A DNA stretch of 64,000 bases from Parcubacteria group bacterium Gr01-1014_8 (GCA_007376385.1 VMGC01000005.1:119386-183385); one strand, 5' to 3'; numbered from the stretch's first letter, positions 9,207 through 19,664 are shown. The notes: a model not told the origin generated them from the sequence alone. Translations and numbers: made by a program.

Positions 9207-11072
9207 AGATTCTGTTGTTAGGCCGAAGCCGCGCGGGAAAAGAGGCCGCGCACTAGCACTCGAATCTGTCCAGTCGAATGGAAGTTGCTTGATTGAGCGC
9301 GGCCAGTACATGGGAAGTTTTCCGCCAAAAGGGACGTTGCCGAAGAGCGCGTCAGCGACACCTTCTCCTTCGCTGCCGGGAAGCCATGAAGCAACGAGAG
9401 CGTCCCAGTTGGAAATATCGTCGGTGATGATGAGCGGTCGCCCGGAGATAAGTATAACTATAAGATGCCGCGTCGAAGCGCGGAGCCGTTTGATTGCGGC
9501 CATGTCATCCGCACTCAGCGTCGGATTCGCCGCATCTCCCCATCCTTCAGCATATGGCTTTTCGCCGACGATCGCGATGCCGATGTCCGCGATATCTTTT
9601 TCAGCAAATGTGCCGTCTTTGTCATATTGCACGATCGCGTCTGGACCAGTTGCCTGGCGGATGCCGGCAAGGATCGATGTCGCGCCGGGAAGCCAATTGC
9701 CGTCAACGCCTTGCCATTCCACGGTCCACGCACCTGATTGCATACCGATATTGTCCGCTGCGCTGCCCGCAATGCGTATCTTTTTTGAATGTATGGAAAG
9801 AGGGAGGATACTATCGTCATTTTTTAGAAGAACGAGAGATTTCCCAACGGCTTCGCGCGCGAGCGCTCGATGCAGCTCCGAGCCGATGACAGAAAGGTCC
9901 ACAGCAGCATCATCTGCATCAAAGAGCCCGAGAGCAAATTTCGCTCGGAGGATCCGTCTCGCCGCATCATCGATGCGACTCTCGGAGATTGCGCCTCGCC
10001 CTACTGCTTTTTTAACGTCGGAAATGAATTGCACATAGTCATAGGGGAGCATCACCATATCAACACCGGCGTTGATGGCAGTAACGGTCGAATCATACGT
10101 ACCAGGAGCTATCTCATATATCCCGTACCAATCGGAAACGACGAACCCATTGAAATGAAGTTCATTTTTCAAGACGTCGGTCAGTAAGTAGCGGCTTGCC
10201 GACACTTTCGTATCGCCCCATGCATTGAGGCCCGTCATGATGCTGAGCGCATTTGCTTCGATTGCGCGCTGGAATGGAGGAAGATATGCGTCTCTCAGCG
10301 TTTTTTCGTCAGGCGGAGTGATTCCTTGATCGATAAAAAAATCTTTGTTGCTGGAAGTCTGCCATGCCATGCTCCCCGCGCCGATATAATGTTTCGCAGC
10401 TGCCGCAACCGCAGGCGTAAATTCTTGAAGACCGCGGATATACGCGGCGCCAAGCTCTCCAGCAAGTTCTGGGTCATCTGAAAAGGCTTCGTAGATGCGA
10501 CCCCATCGTATATCTGTTGGCAGATCAAGAGAAGGTGAGAAATTCCACTGTGCGCCTGTTGCAAGCGATTCTTCCGCAGTTGCGCGCGCTATATGTTCAA
10601 CAAGTTCAGGATCTCGCGTTGCGCCGAGTCCCAGTGCGTGCGGAAAAATAGTTGCGTCCGGTACGTTTCCGTTTCCGTGGTTTGCATCGACTCCGTAGAG
10701 AATCGGAATGCCGATGCGTGACGAGCGGGATGCGTTCGTGAATTGTCCTATCATCGCGCGCCAGCCTTCGGGGGTATTGTTCTCCGGCTTGCCGCCAGCG
10801 CCGCTGAGAATCGCACCGAGGCCGTATGTTGCAACGTCATCAAGTTCGTGCACGCTGTTTTTTTCGACGAGCGCCATCTGACCTATTTTCTCTTCGAGCG
10901 TCATATGAACGAGCAGGTCGTTGACGCGCGCATCGATGGGGAGCGTTTCATCCCCATATATCGCACCATTCAGTGAGGGTGGCATGTTCCGCGGCGATGC
11001 CACCAATACGAGGGCGACGATGCCTGCGGCAATGAAGAGTAGATGTATTACATGAGAAGGAGAAATCTGCAT
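9180..11072 (-). CDS. glycoside hydrolase family 3 (beta-glucosidase / beta-hexosaminidase-like), signal-anchored
   Basis: 630 aa. GH3 N-terminal domain motifs GQMALVE, IPILYGVDANHG and the FVVSDWYG nucleophile context, plus a C-terminal GH3 domain. The N-terminal hydrophobic segment acts as a signal anchor. Confidence 0.85.
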   Translation of the reverse strand: MQISPSHVIHLLFIAAGIVALVLVASPRNMPPSLNGAIYGDETLPIDARVNDLLVHMTLEEKIGQMALVEKNSVHELDDVATYGLGAILSGAGGKPENNTPEGWRAMIGQFTNASRSSRIGIPILYGVDANHGNGNVPDATIFPHALGLGATRDPELVEHIARATAEESLATGAQWNFSPSLDLPTDIRWGRIYEAFSDDPELAGELGAAYIRGLQEFTPAVAAAAKHYIGAGSMAWQTSSNKDFFIDQGITPPDEKTLRDAYLPPFQRAIEANALSIMTGLNAWGDTKVSASRYLLTDVLKNELHFNGFVVSDWYGIYEIAPGTYDSTVTAINAGVDMVMLPYDYVQFISDVKKAVGRGAISESRIDDAARRILRAKFALGLFDADDAAVDLSVIGSELHRALAREAVGKSLVLLKNDDSILPLSIHSKKIRIAGSAADNIGMQSGAWTVEWQGVDGNWLPGATSILAGIRQATGPDAIVQYDKDGTFAEKDIADIGIAIVGEKPYAEGWGDAANPTLSADDMAAIKRLRASTRHLIVILISGRPLIITDDISNWDALVASWLPGSEGEGVADALFGNVPFGGKLPMYWPRSIKQLPFDWTDSSASARPLFPRGFGLTTESLKNPKSNR

Positions 11073-11141
11073 TGCGTAAGTATACCGTTTCCAGAAACAG
11101 CTGCTCAGAATACAGAGTGGTCGCGCTATTCTTCTTGAATT

Positions 11142-11864
11142 CTATATTCCTGCGACTCCGAACAATTTTCCTATCCCGAATGTTACGGCCATCGCAAGCG
11201 CGCCGCCGAGGACGACTCGCATTGTGGCTTGCGTCTTGTTTGCCTCGCCTGCATACGCGCTCAACGTTCCCGTTATAGCGAGCGCGAAAACGACAGAAAT
11301 AAACGTCACGGGTATGCGCATGGATGGTGTGGGAAGAGTAATGGCAAGCATCGGAATAACAGCACCCGCAAAGAATGATGCAGCGGATGCATATGCCGCA
11401 TGCCACGGATTCGTGAGTGCATTAGGGTCAATGTGAAGCTCTGCGTCCAGGTGAGCGGCAAATGCGTCGCGCGCGGTCAATTCATTCGCAACAGTGCGCG
11501 CGGTGTCGCGAGAGAGTCCCTTTGCCTCGTACAGCGTTACGAGTTCTTCTAATTCGTGTTCGGGTTCTTCTTCAAGTTCACGTTTCTCTTTTCCGATGAG
11601 AGCTCGTTCAGTATCGCGTTGGGCGCTGACCGATACATATTCTCCGACTGCCATGGAGAGCGCTCCGGAAAGAACGCCGGCGATACCGGCGGTAAGAATA
11701 AAACTTGCGGAATCTGTCGCTCCCGCAACGCCGACGACAAGTGCGGCAACGGATACGATGCCGTCGTTAGCTCCAAGAACGGAAGCCCGCAGCCAATTCA
11801 ACATGGAGCCCGACCCGCCTGAATGCGGTTCTCTGTGTACTGCTGCGCTCGGAAGCGCGTTCAT
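11142..11864 (-). CDS. VIT1/CCC1 family iron/manganese transporter
   Basis: LRASVLGANDGIVSVAALVVGVAGA and a C-terminal repeat of the same TM pattern are typical of the VIT family. The ORF extends to 11915. Confidence 0.8.
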   Translation of the reverse strand: MNALPSAAVHREPHSGGSGSMLNWLRASVLGANDGIVSVAALVVGVAGATDSASFILTAGIAGVLSGALSMAVGEYVSVSAQRDTERALIGKEKRELEEEPEHELEELVTLYEAKGLSRDTARTVANELTARDAFAAHLDAELHIDPNALTNPWHAAYASAASFFAGAVIPMLAITLPTPSMRIPVTFISVVFALAITGTLSAYAGEANKTQATMRVVLGGALAMAVTFGIGKLFGVAGI

Positions 11865-11986
11865 GTGCGGAGTATACCAAACGGTCCTCATGTTCCGGAT
11901 TGAAACAAACCGCATTTGTGCTGTGTAGTACGGGAAGGAGCAGGAGGACGCTCATGTTCCGAATTAAAAAGTTAGAAGAATATAGT

Positions 11987-12397
11987 ATGACAAAATTGCA
12001 GAAAGTAACCTCGATACCCTTGCTTGCGGCGTTGCTGTTCGCAGGAGGCGGAATTGCAGGATATGCGGGAATGGCCGCAGCGCAGGGGGCCGACACGGGC
12101 TCTGACGTAGAGCAGAGCGAATCTGCGGGGAGCTTCGACCGCACGAAGGGCGGGCATGTCGGCAAGAACGGTTCGAAAGAAGAACTGCTTACCGGCGAGA
12201 CGGCAGCGAAAGTAACTGCAGCCGCAGAGGCAGCTGTTCCTGGCGCTACTATCGACCGCGTCGAGACCGACGCCGAAGGCGCGGCCTACGAAGCACACAT
12301 CACGAAAGCGGACGGCTCGCACGCTACGGTGAAGTTTGATACCGACTTCAACGTGACAATGACCGAAGATGGTCCACGCGGCCGCATGGGTCGCTAA
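11987..12397 (+). CDS. secreted PepSY-like domain protein
   Basis: A signal peptide followed by an ...AKVTAAAEAAVPGATIDRVETDAEGAAYEAHITKADGSHATVKFD... pattern resembling PepSY. A stem-loop lies downstream. Confidence 0.45.
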   Translation: MTKLQKVTSIPLLAALLFAGGGIAGYAGMAAAQGADTGSDVEQSESAGSFDRTKGGHVGKNGSKEELLTGETAAKVTAAAEAAVPGATIDRVETDAEGAAYEAHITKADGSHATVKFDTDFNVTMTEDGPRGRMGR

Positions 12398-12465
12398 GTC
12401 TTTCCGCTCGCGCACGCAAGCCCGCATAAAGCGGGCTTGCGTCGTGAAAGAAAAATACGAAAACT

Positions 12466-13032
12466 GTGTACTATATGCATGTGGAGCAGACTGAATCAGA
12501 TGAAGAGATCGCATGTCGCGTGCAGGGCGGCGACATTGACGCTTTCGGAATACTGGTTGATAGGTACGAGCAGAAACTTGCTCGCTACGGACGCCGATTC
12601 GTTGCCCGCGACGAAGATATTCAGGACATTGTTCAAGACGTATTCGTCAGTGCATACCAGAATATCCAAGGTTTTGACGCGACGCTTCGTTTTAGCCCGT
12701 GGATATATCGCATCGCGCATAATGCATGTGTCAACGCTCTTCGAAAGAGCGGACGAACTGCTTTTAGTTACGATTTTGATGCACTTGTGTCTCACCATGT
12801 ATATGAGGACCCTGCAGAAAGCGAGCGTGATGTAAAAGACATGCGCCTGTTACTAGACAGGGGGCTCGACAAGATGCAGGCAAAATACCGCGAAATCCTC
12901 ATTCTCCATTACTATGAGGACATGCAATACAGGGATATTGCCGACATCCTTCAAATTCCTATCGGCACGGTGAGCATACGAATGAAGCGGGCAAAGGAAG
13001 CGCTTCGCGAGAACATCAAAAACGAACTATGA
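12466..13032 (+). CDS. ECF (sigma-70 family group 4) RNA polymerase sigma factor
   Basis: Region 2 (VQDVFVSAYQNI...FSPWIYRIAHNACVNALRK) and region 4 (YREILILHYYEDMQYRDIADILQIPIGTVSIRMKRA). Confidence 0.85.
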   Translation: MYYMHVEQTESDEEIACRVQGGDIDAFGILVDRYEQKLARYGRRFVARDEDIQDIVQDVFVSAYQNIQGFDATLRFSPWIYRIAHNACVNALRKSGRTAFSYDFDALVSHHVYEDPAESERDVKDMRLLLDRGLDKMQAKYREILILHYYEDMQYRDIADILQIPIGTVSIRMKRAKEALRENIKNEL

Positions 13033-13772
13033 ATAATTTAAGGGACAAATTGCTTGGGGATATCCGCTCGGGAAAAGTGGCAATGACGCCGCGCGCCTAT
13101 TTTGTTGCAAAGATAGTGGCGCTTCTTGCTGTGTCGCTCGGCATCGTGTTCGTAACGATATTCATATTCAACTTCATATTCTTCAGCTTGCGTATCAATG
13201 GACACGAAACGCTGCTCGGCTTCGGACCTCGCGGCATGCAAGCATTCGTGTATTTCTTTCCATGGTATCTCTTGGTTCTGGATGTCGCACTTGTCGGGCT
13301 CCTCCAGTGGCTGCTTAGAAACTTCCGGCTTGGGTATCAGATACCGGTTCTCTATCTAGTCGCGGGTCTCCTCCTCGGGGCATTTGCCTTTGGTTTTGCC
13401 TTGGACCGCGGCACTCCTTTGAACGATGTTTTGCATGAGGGAAGGGAACATCTGCCCCGGCCGATTGGCGGGTTTTACGAAGGAGCCCAAAGATCGCCGA
13501 CTGCGGGAAGCGGCATGTGTCATTGCGTTATCCTTGCGATTGATGGCAGCACGCTCACTGTTCGGGACACACGGGACTCCGGAGGGGAAGGGGGGGATGT
13601 TTCTACATTGCGTATCACGCTCCCGCCAAATGACCGTCACGCAACGACGAGCGGTCTGAAGGTTGGAGACGTCATATTCATCGCCGGCGATGAGAGCGAG
13701 GGCGTGATTGAAGCCTTCGGGATCCGCAGGGAAGATGATTCGCATTCTTTTTTCAAGCCTGCGCGGCAGTAA
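13029..13772 (+). CDS. membrane protein, candidate anti-sigma factor (co-transcribed with the ECF sigma factor)
   Basis: 4-nt overlap with the sigma factor gene. Multiple TM segments. The anti-sigma role is inferred from context only. Confidence 0.4.
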   Translation: MNNLRDKLLGDIRSGKVAMTPRAYFVAKIVALLAVSLGIVFVTIFIFNFIFFSLRINGHETLLGFGPRGMQAFVYFFPWYLLVLDVALVGLLQWLLRNFRLGYQIPVLYLVAGLLLGAFAFGFALDRGTPLNDVLHEGREHLPRPIGGFYEGAQRSPTAGSGMCHCVILAIDGSTLTVRDTRDSGGEGGDVSTLRITLPPNDRHATTSGLKVGDVIFIAGDESEGVIEAFGIRREDDSHSFFKPARQ

Positions 13773-13850
13773 CAGACGTGCTCTATATTGTCTTGAAGCG
13801 ATGTCCAGCATAGCTTGTCGAAAAAACACAAACGGGTATAGTAGCGAGAT

Positions 13851-14132
13851 ATGAAAATCAAAAGAATCACGCCTAAGTCGCTCGCAAAAATGTCAGGGCT
13901 TCTGTACGCCATATTTGGTTTTATTGCAGGATTGTTTTTTCTCGCCGCGTCGCTTATTGCCGGTGTGCAGTCGCAAACAGCTGGTGTCGGTGCAATTATG
14001 TTTGGCATCGGTGCGCCGATACTTTTGCCGCTTTTTTATGGCGCCATGGGCGTCGTGTTCGGTGCTGTTACGGCCTGGCTATATAATTTTGTTGCAAAAC
14101 GAGTAGGGGGAATTGAGTTCGAGACGGAATAG
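13851..14132 (+). CDS. small membrane protein
   Basis: 93 aa with two Gly-rich TM helices. Confidence 0.4.
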   Translation: MKIKRITPKSLAKMSGLLYAIFGFIAGLFFLAASLIAGVQSQTAGVGAIMFGIGAPILLPLFYGAMGVVFGAVTAWLYNFVAKRVGGIEFETE

Positions 14133-14133
14133 T

Positions 14134-14144
14134 GGGGGGGGGGG
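14134..14144. repeat. homopolymeric G11 tract, 2 nt after a stop codon
   Basis: Counted directly in the sequence (agt GGGGGGGGGGG acaatg). Confidence 0.85.
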
Positions 14145-14356
14145 ACAATGCTGGCTATTTGTCTTTCTTTTCTGTCCCATGTTTTCCGTCAGTGCAATTG
14201 CATTCGGTGAGAGGATGCTTGTGTTTTGGACAGCCTTCCGCTTGGCATACACCCGGTCTATCCGACACGCCCTTGCATCCTCCTGTACAAATATAGTGTG
14301 TCATATCGTTTGATAGTAGCACTCGAGAACGGTGTTAACGAGCGAATGTCGATTGC

Positions 14357-14998
14357 CTATGAAGAGAAGTGGGGAAGTATCTCCCGCACATTCGTAAGTA
14401 TCGTATCCGCCGCTGAAAAATCATTTGTGTGGGAGAATTCTGTGGGGCATGCAAAGCAGGTGAGGCCAGCCGCTTTTGCCGCAGTGAGTCCATGCTCAGT
14501 ATCTTCAATAGCAAGACAGTCCTCTTTTTCAAACCCGCTTTGCTCCCATGCTCGTAGATACGCTTCAGGGTTTGGCTTGATGTTCGTTACGTCGTCGGCG
14601 CAAATTGAGAAATCAAAATATTTTCCTAGTCCGGTGGTTTTCATTATCTGCTCAAAATGCATACGTAAGGCGGCTGTCACGATTCCCATAGGTACTTTTT
14701 TATGCAACCTGTCGAGAGTTTGAATGACGCCATCATTAACAGGTACGTATTTTTTCAGCAGCTCTAAATAGTCGCCATTACGAATAGTCCGCAAGCGTTG
14801 AACTTCTGCTTCTGGAATACCCTGTGATAGTGCGTATGCCATCGAACTTGCGCCTTTTTTGAGCATTTCGTTCACATACCACTCCCTGGTGATGTGTACT
14901 CCCGCAGACGCAAGAACCGACTTCGTGCTCTCGAAGTATAGATATTCGGTATTAACGAGCGTCCCGTCGCAGTCCCAAAATATGGTCTTAAACTGCAT
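14357..14998 (-). CDS. HAD family hydrolase (beta-phosphoglucomutase/phosphatase-like)
   Basis: The DxD motif FWDCDGTLVNTE at the N-terminus, with later motifs (GIVTAALRMH, AIEDTEHG). Confidence 0.8.
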   Translation of the reverse strand: MQFKTIFWDCDGTLVNTEYLYFESTKSVLASAGVHITREWYVNEMLKKGASSMAYALSQGIPEAEVQRLRTIRNGDYLELLKKYVPVNDGVIQTLDRLHKKVPMGIVTAALRMHFEQIMKTTGLGKYFDFSICADDVTNIKPNPEAYLRAWEQSGFEKEDCLAIEDTEHGLTAAKAAGLTCFACPTEFSHTNDFSAADTILTNVREILPHFSS

Positions 14999-15825
14999 TA
15001 TTGTTGCGGGTACCAATTTGCGAGGATGACTTCAATGCTTGGGTCGCCAGCATTCACCAGTTCCTTAAAACGGCCTACGTCGCTTAAGCCTCCCTGGCCT
15101 CGGTAGTGGTACGGGTACACTTGTTTTGGTTTGAACTCGAGCACAGCATTAGCCGCCTCGTCCACATCCATCGTGTAGGGAAGATTCATCGGTACGAGAG
15201 CAATATCAATGTCAGTGAGCGCACGCATTTCTGGAATGCCCGCGGTGTCACCTGCAATGTAAACGCGGAACCCATCTATTTCAATTAAATAGCCATTGCC
15301 TCGGCCTTTCGTATGATATTTCTCGTTTGATGAACCGGGAAGGTTGTACATTGGTATCGCAGTGATGGAGAGGCCGGGAGAGTCCAATGATTCTCCGTTC
15401 TTGAGTACTGTTGCATGTGCTGCAAGCTTCGGAGGAAGTTGATCTTTGACCGCTTGAGGAACGATAAGCCCGGTAACAGGCATTACGACCACTGATTCGA
15501 GTGTCGAGGGACTGAAATGGTCGTCGTGGATGTCGGTTACCAAAACTTCATCGGCTGCGGGCAAACCCGCAAACGCCGACGGATCACCGACAGGGTCAAG
15601 GTAAAAGGTCGTATTGTGTGTTTGTGCCTGCCAATGTATGACAGCTGTCGCATGCTCGATCGGAAATATTTCAACGGGTGAGTCTGATGAATTTTGCATA
15701 GGTGTATTTTGAGCTTCTCCTCCTGACCGGACAGGTTGCTTCTCATTATATATGTAGCTATTAAGGGCATAAAACCCACCCGCCAAGATGATGACGATTC
15801 CGACAAGCCAGTGGAGTGTTTTCAT
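14998..15825 (-). CDS. MBL-fold metallo-hydrolase with an N-terminal membrane anchor
   Basis: HDDHF and DVDEA motifs with MBL-fold topology. A signal-anchor sequence (MKTLHWLVGIVIILAGG). The ORF extends to 16080. Confidence 0.65.
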   Translation of the reverse strand: MKTLHWLVGIVIILAGGFYALNSYIYNEKQPVRSGGEAQNTPMQNSSDSPVEIFPIEHATAVIHWQAQTHNTTFYLDPVGDPSAFAGLPAADEVLVTDIHDDHFSPSTLESVVVMPVTGLIVPQAVKDQLPPKLAAHATVLKNGESLDSPGLSITAIPMYNLPGSSNEKYHTKGRGNGYLIEIDGFRVYIAGDTAGIPEMRALTDIDIALVPMNLPYTMDVDEAANAVLEFKPKQVYPYHYRGQGGLSDVGRFKELVNAGDPSIEVILANWYPQQ

Positions 15826-15866
15826 ATGTCTGTATTTTACCGCATGTTTTGTTATACACTTAGACA

Positions 15867-17888
15867 ATGGATCATTCTGCCCACCACGGACACTATCAAC
15901 ACGAAGACAAGGCACATGTTTCAGGCGGCGTTGCAGCGGACAGGCATGAAGGTCATCACGCTGAAGATTTTCTAAAGAAATTCTGGGTAACACTTGCCCT
16001 AACAATACCCATCGTTCTTTATTCCGATCTGCCGGACACGTTCTTTTCCTTGACAGCGCCGGTATTCCCCGGCTCGGCATATCTTCCGCTTTTCTTAGGT
16101 TCGATTATTTTTTTTTACGGCGGATGGGTTTTCATCAAGGGTGCACTGCGCGAACTTCAGGCTCGACTGCCTGGCATGATGACGCTCATCGCGCTTGCTA
16201 TCACCGCTGCGTATCTTTACAGCGCAGGAGCAGTTCTCTTTGGGAACGGCATGACCTTGTTTTGGGAACTCTCAACGCTTATCGCTGTCATGCTCATTGG
16301 GCACTGGATAGAAATGAAGGCTGTGCAAAGTGCAAAGGGAGCCTTGCGCGAATTGGCAAAACTTCTGCCAGATACGGCAGAGGTCATGCGGGATGGCAAA
16401 CTGGCGACTGTTGCTCTCTCTGAATTGCGTGAAGGTGATAACGTACTCGTCCGCCCCGGCGGCAAAGTGCCTGCAGACGGAATTGTCATTGAAGGGGAGT
16501 CCGAAGTGGATGAGTCACTCATAACCGGCGAATCAAGACCTGTTCTCAAAAAAAAGGGTGCAGAAGTCATCGCGGGAGCAACAAACGGAGATGGAAGTTT
16601 GCAGATACGTCTTCTGAAGCTCGGTGAACACACATTCTTGGCGGGTGTTATGCGGCTTGTTGCTGAAGCCGAACGCTCGAAATCCCGTCTTCAGTTGCTC
16701 TCTGACAAAGCTGCCTTTTATCTTACTGTTCTCGCGGTGGTTGCTGGCGCCATCACGTTCGTCGCATGGCTTGCAGTCGGGGAAAGCTTCGGATTTTCCG
16801 TTGAGCGGCTTGTCGCAGTGCTTGTTATCGCATGTCCGCATGCGCTTGGGCTTGCGATCCCGCTTGTCGCATCCATTTCGACGACGATGGCGTCAAAAAA
16901 TGGTTTTTTTGTAAAACGGCGTCTCGCGCTTGAGGCAGCTCGGAACATTACAACCGTATTGTTCGACAAGACAGGGACACTCACCAAAGGTTCTTTCGGA
17001 GTAGTGTCTGTTGTTGGTGCGGAAGAGACTCTCCAACTTGCCGCAGCAGCTGATCTAAAGTCGGAGCATCCGCTCGCGCGGGCAATTGTAGCGCATGCAC
17101 AGGAACACAACATCAAAATTCCGGCAGTTTCTTCGTTCAAGAATACACGTGGAATGGGTGTTGCCGTTGAAGTGAACGGGAGGCGAGTTTTTGTCGGGTC
17201 TTCACGATTGTTGGAGGAGCAAGGGGCAACAATATCTGCTGAGATCGAAAAACTCATTCGCGCGCACGAACGTGATGGGAAGACGGTCATTCATGTTGTG
17301 CGCGAAAAAGAGTGGGTCGGTGCGGTGGCTCTTGCGGATGTTATCCGTGAAGAATCGCGTGAAGCTGTTCGCGCGCTCCGCGCTATGGGTATCAAGGTGG
17401 CGATGATAACAGGGGACGCTGAAGATGTTGCTGCGTGGGTTTCGAAAGAACTATCAATAGACGAGTATTTTGCGCACGTCCTGCCGGGGCAAAAAGCTGA
17501 CGCTGTTAAAGATCTTCAAGCACGTGGCGAACGAGTCGCGATGGTGGGCGACGGCGTAAATGATGCCCCGGCGCTTACGCAGGCGGACCTTGGTATCGCG
17601 ATCGGGGCGGGTACAAATGTCGCGATAGAATCTGCGGGTATCATCCTCGTAAAAAATGACCCCGGCGACATTCCTAAAATAATCAAACTCTCTCGGCTCA
17701 CGTACTCGAAAATGATCCAAAATCTTTTCTGGGCGAGCGGGTACAACATCATCGCGCTCCCGATCGCAGCAGGAGCTCTTGCGGTCTACGGCATTATGCT
17801 TCAGCCCGCAGTTGCCGCCGTATTTATGTCGCTCTCTACGGTTATCGTAGCGGTGAATGCGTCGCTTCTTCGAAGCACGAACATATAG
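15867..17888 (+). CDS. copB: heavy-metal (copper) translocating P1B-type ATPase, CopB-like
   Basis: A His-rich N-terminus (HHGHYQHEDKAH...HEGHHAED), the CPH motif in TM6 (IACPHALGLAIP), DKTGTLT, GDGVNDAPAL and TGES. Confidence 0.9.
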   Translation: MDHSAHHGHYQHEDKAHVSGGVAADRHEGHHAEDFLKKFWVTLALTIPIVLYSDLPDTFFSLTAPVFPGSAYLPLFLGSIIFFYGGWVFIKGALRELQARLPGMMTLIALAITAAYLYSAGAVLFGNGMTLFWELSTLIAVMLIGHWIEMKAVQSAKGALRELAKLLPDTAEVMRDGKLATVALSELREGDNVLVRPGGKVPADGIVIEGESEVDESLITGESRPVLKKKGAEVIAGATNGDGSLQIRLLKLGEHTFLAGVMRLVAEAERSKSRLQLLSDKAAFYLTVLAVVAGAITFVAWLAVGESFGFSVERLVAVLVIACPHALGLAIPLVASISTTMASKNGFFVKRRLALEAARNITTVLFDKTGTLTKGSFGVVSVVGAEETLQLAAAADLKSEHPLARAIVAHAQEHNIKIPAVSSFKNTRGMGVAVEVNGRRVFVGSSRLLEEQGATISAEIEKLIRAHERDGKTVIHVVREKEWVGAVALADVIREESREAVRALRAMGIKVAMITGDAEDVAAWVSKELSIDEYFAHVLPGQKADAVKDLQARGERVAMVGDGVNDAPALTQADLGIAIGAGTNVAIESAGIILVKNDPGDIPKIIKLSRLTYSKMIQNLFWASGYNIIALPIAAGALAVYGIMLQPAVAAVFMSLSTVIVAVNASLLRSTNI

Positions 17889-17927
17889 AACCAGCTCTCA
17901 ACCTGGTTGGGCATCGCCGGTACGATC

Positions 17928-18230
17928 TTATGCGTAGAGAAAATGCCAGACAAAAAACGCAAAGATAACGATGCCTGCCGCAATCGCACTCAGCGAGAGA
18001 AGTATCGCGCTCGAGAGCACGGACGTTGATTTTCCTATGCGACTGAACAGCGTATAGAAGATAACAAATGCGGCAAAAGAAAGAATGCTTTTTGCTGTCC
18101 AGTGCTGGCCTGCGAGCGACGTGAGGAACGATTTGAGAGGGGCGGAAAGTTCCGTGCCGATGGCGAGTGCTGCGATGAGCCAGATCGTCAGCGCTCCTGC
18201 TCTTAACGTTGCAACGGTGTTGAGGTTCAT
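17928..18230 (-). CDS. hypothetical membrane protein
   Basis: 100 aa, hydrophobic, with a 4-nt overlap with the upstream gene. Confidence 0.35.
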   Translation of the reverse strand: MNLNTVATLRAGALTIWLIAALAIGTELSAPLKSFLTSLAGQHWTAKSILSFAAFVIFYTLFSRIGKSTSVLSSAILLSLSAIAAGIVIFAFFVWHFLYA

Positions 18231-18697
18231 AGTGCTTTCGACTCAAGTGCGCTTCTGAATCCGCTGGAGATCATGAATCCCATACCCGCTATGGAGAACG
18301 CCATAAGGACGATGAGGGCCGATACGATGATAGCGGCAGCCGCAGTCCTGCGATTTTGCATCATTTCGCTGCCGTGCCGTTTGAGGATGCTCCATGCTCC
18401 GAGGGCGAGAAATGGCAGGAAAAGGAATACATGCTCCTTTGTTTCAGTGATGACCGAATGTGTCCAAGGAAGCGGTCCTGCTTTTATCACCGGCTTTACG
18501 ATGCTTTGGTATTCTGTGAGGTAATAATACCCCCCGACGATCCAAGCGAGAAAAAGAAAAAGGACGCCGATGCCAGCGATGCGAGTCGCCCGACGCACGC
18601 GCGATTCTGATGGAGACAAAAGTTCAACGAGCACCCACAAAAAAGCGAGTGCGCCGGCTTCTCCGAGAAAGGCGTGAATGCCGATAAGGGCGTGCAT
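18227..18697 (-). CDS. hypothetical membrane protein
   Basis: 156 aa with 4 TM segments. Confidence 0.4.
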   Translation of the reverse strand: MHALIGIHAFLGEAGALAFLWVLVELLSPSESRVRRATRIAGIGVLFLFLAWIVGGYYYLTEYQSIVKPVIKAGPLPWTHSVITETKEHVFLFLPFLALGAWSILKRHGSEMMQNRRTAAAAIIVSALIVLMAFSIAGMGFMISSGFRSALESKAL

Positions 18698-18882
18698 ACC
18701 TGGTTAACTTTACCACAAATTTTCTCACGCAATCAAATATCCGCGCGTACATATGAGCGGCCAAAAACATGCATACACGTACACCTTACGCACCGATCAA
18801 CGTTGCGAACGACAAACCGGTGCTACGATTAACGTGATTGAAGCACGGTACCATTAAAGCGAGTCGAATCGAAGTTAACATT

Positions 18883-19032
18883 ATGAATACCAAACTGAAG
18901 CACTATGAAAAGACGGCTCTCATTCCTGCATCCGCTGAGGAGTTCTTCGCGTATGTAGACGATCACACGCGTTTTTCTTCTCATATGAGCAGTTCATGGA
19001 TGATAGGAGGTGCTCAGAATCAATCCAAATAA
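18883..19032 (+). pseudogene. possible N-terminal fragment of an SRPBCC-like protein (truncated)
   Basis: MNTKLKHYEKTALIPASAEEFFAYVDDHTRFSSHM resembles the first beta-alpha of SRPBCC proteins, but the ORF stops after about 50 aa. Confidence 0.2.
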
Positions 19033-19034
19033 CC

Positions 19035-19664
19035 ATGTGTTTTTCCGCTGCAGCAAGTTTTGTCGCGGGAGGAGCCTTGAGTGCAGTCGGAGTCATTACC
19101 GTTTCGCAAGCAAAGACAAAGAGGGAATTGCCGTTCGCAATGGTGCCGATTCTGTTCGGCGTTCAGCAACTGACAGAGGGATTTGTATGGTTTTCGCTCA
19201 GCTCCCACGCGGCGACCCTCAATCTGGTCGCAACATATATCTTTTCATTGTTTGCCTTTGTGGTGTGGCCGATCTATGTGCCATTCGTTGTAGGATTGTT
19301 GGAGACAGTGCAGTGGCGGAAGAAAGCACTCTATATTTTTCAGGCTGCGGGTCTCGCTGTTGGAGTGTACCTGCTCTACTCGCATACGCTAAGTTATGTC
19401 ACTTCGGAAATTGTAACTAGGCATGTTGTCTACAATAATTCGCATTTTTACGGGCTTACGGTAATGCTGCTGTATTTTGGAGCGACGATCGTTAGCTGCC
19501 TTTTTTCAAGCAAGAGAGTGATCAATACGTTCGGGATCCTGACTTTTCTGTTCGCGATGATCGCATATTTGTTTTACACAAATGCCTTTGTGTCGGTCTG
19601 GTGCTTCTTCGCGGCGATATTAAGTGTGCTTGTATACGTGCATTTCGCGCACCGGGCGGCATAG
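19035..19664 (+). CDS. hypothetical polytopic membrane protein
   Basis: About 210 aa with 6 hydrophobic helices. Confidence 0.45.
   Translation: MCFSAAASFVAGGALSAVGVITVSQAKTKRELPFAMVPILFGVQQLTEGFVWFSLSSHAATLNLVATYIFSLFAFVVWPIYVPFVVGLLETVQWRKKALYIFQAAGLAVGVYLLYSHTLSYVTSEIVTRHVVYNNSHFYGLTVMLLYFGATIVSCLFSSKRVINTFGILTFLFAMIAYLFYTNAFVSVWCFFAAILSVLVYVHFAHRAA

Noticed and set aside
9148-10187. Plus-strand ORFs (9148..10038 and others) across the GH3 gene
   Set aside because: Antisense to a clear GH3 glycosidase. Low-complexity Arg/Ser-rich translations.
14113-14313. ORF 14113..14313 running through the G11 tract
   Set aside because: The frame depends on the homopolymer length, it has no start context, and it overlaps the downstream region of the HAD hydrolase gene. 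It is more likely non-coding.
16217-17290. Minus-strand ORFs inside copB (16217..16633, 16718..17290)
   Set aside because: Antisense to a P-type ATPase gene in which all canonical motifs are intact.
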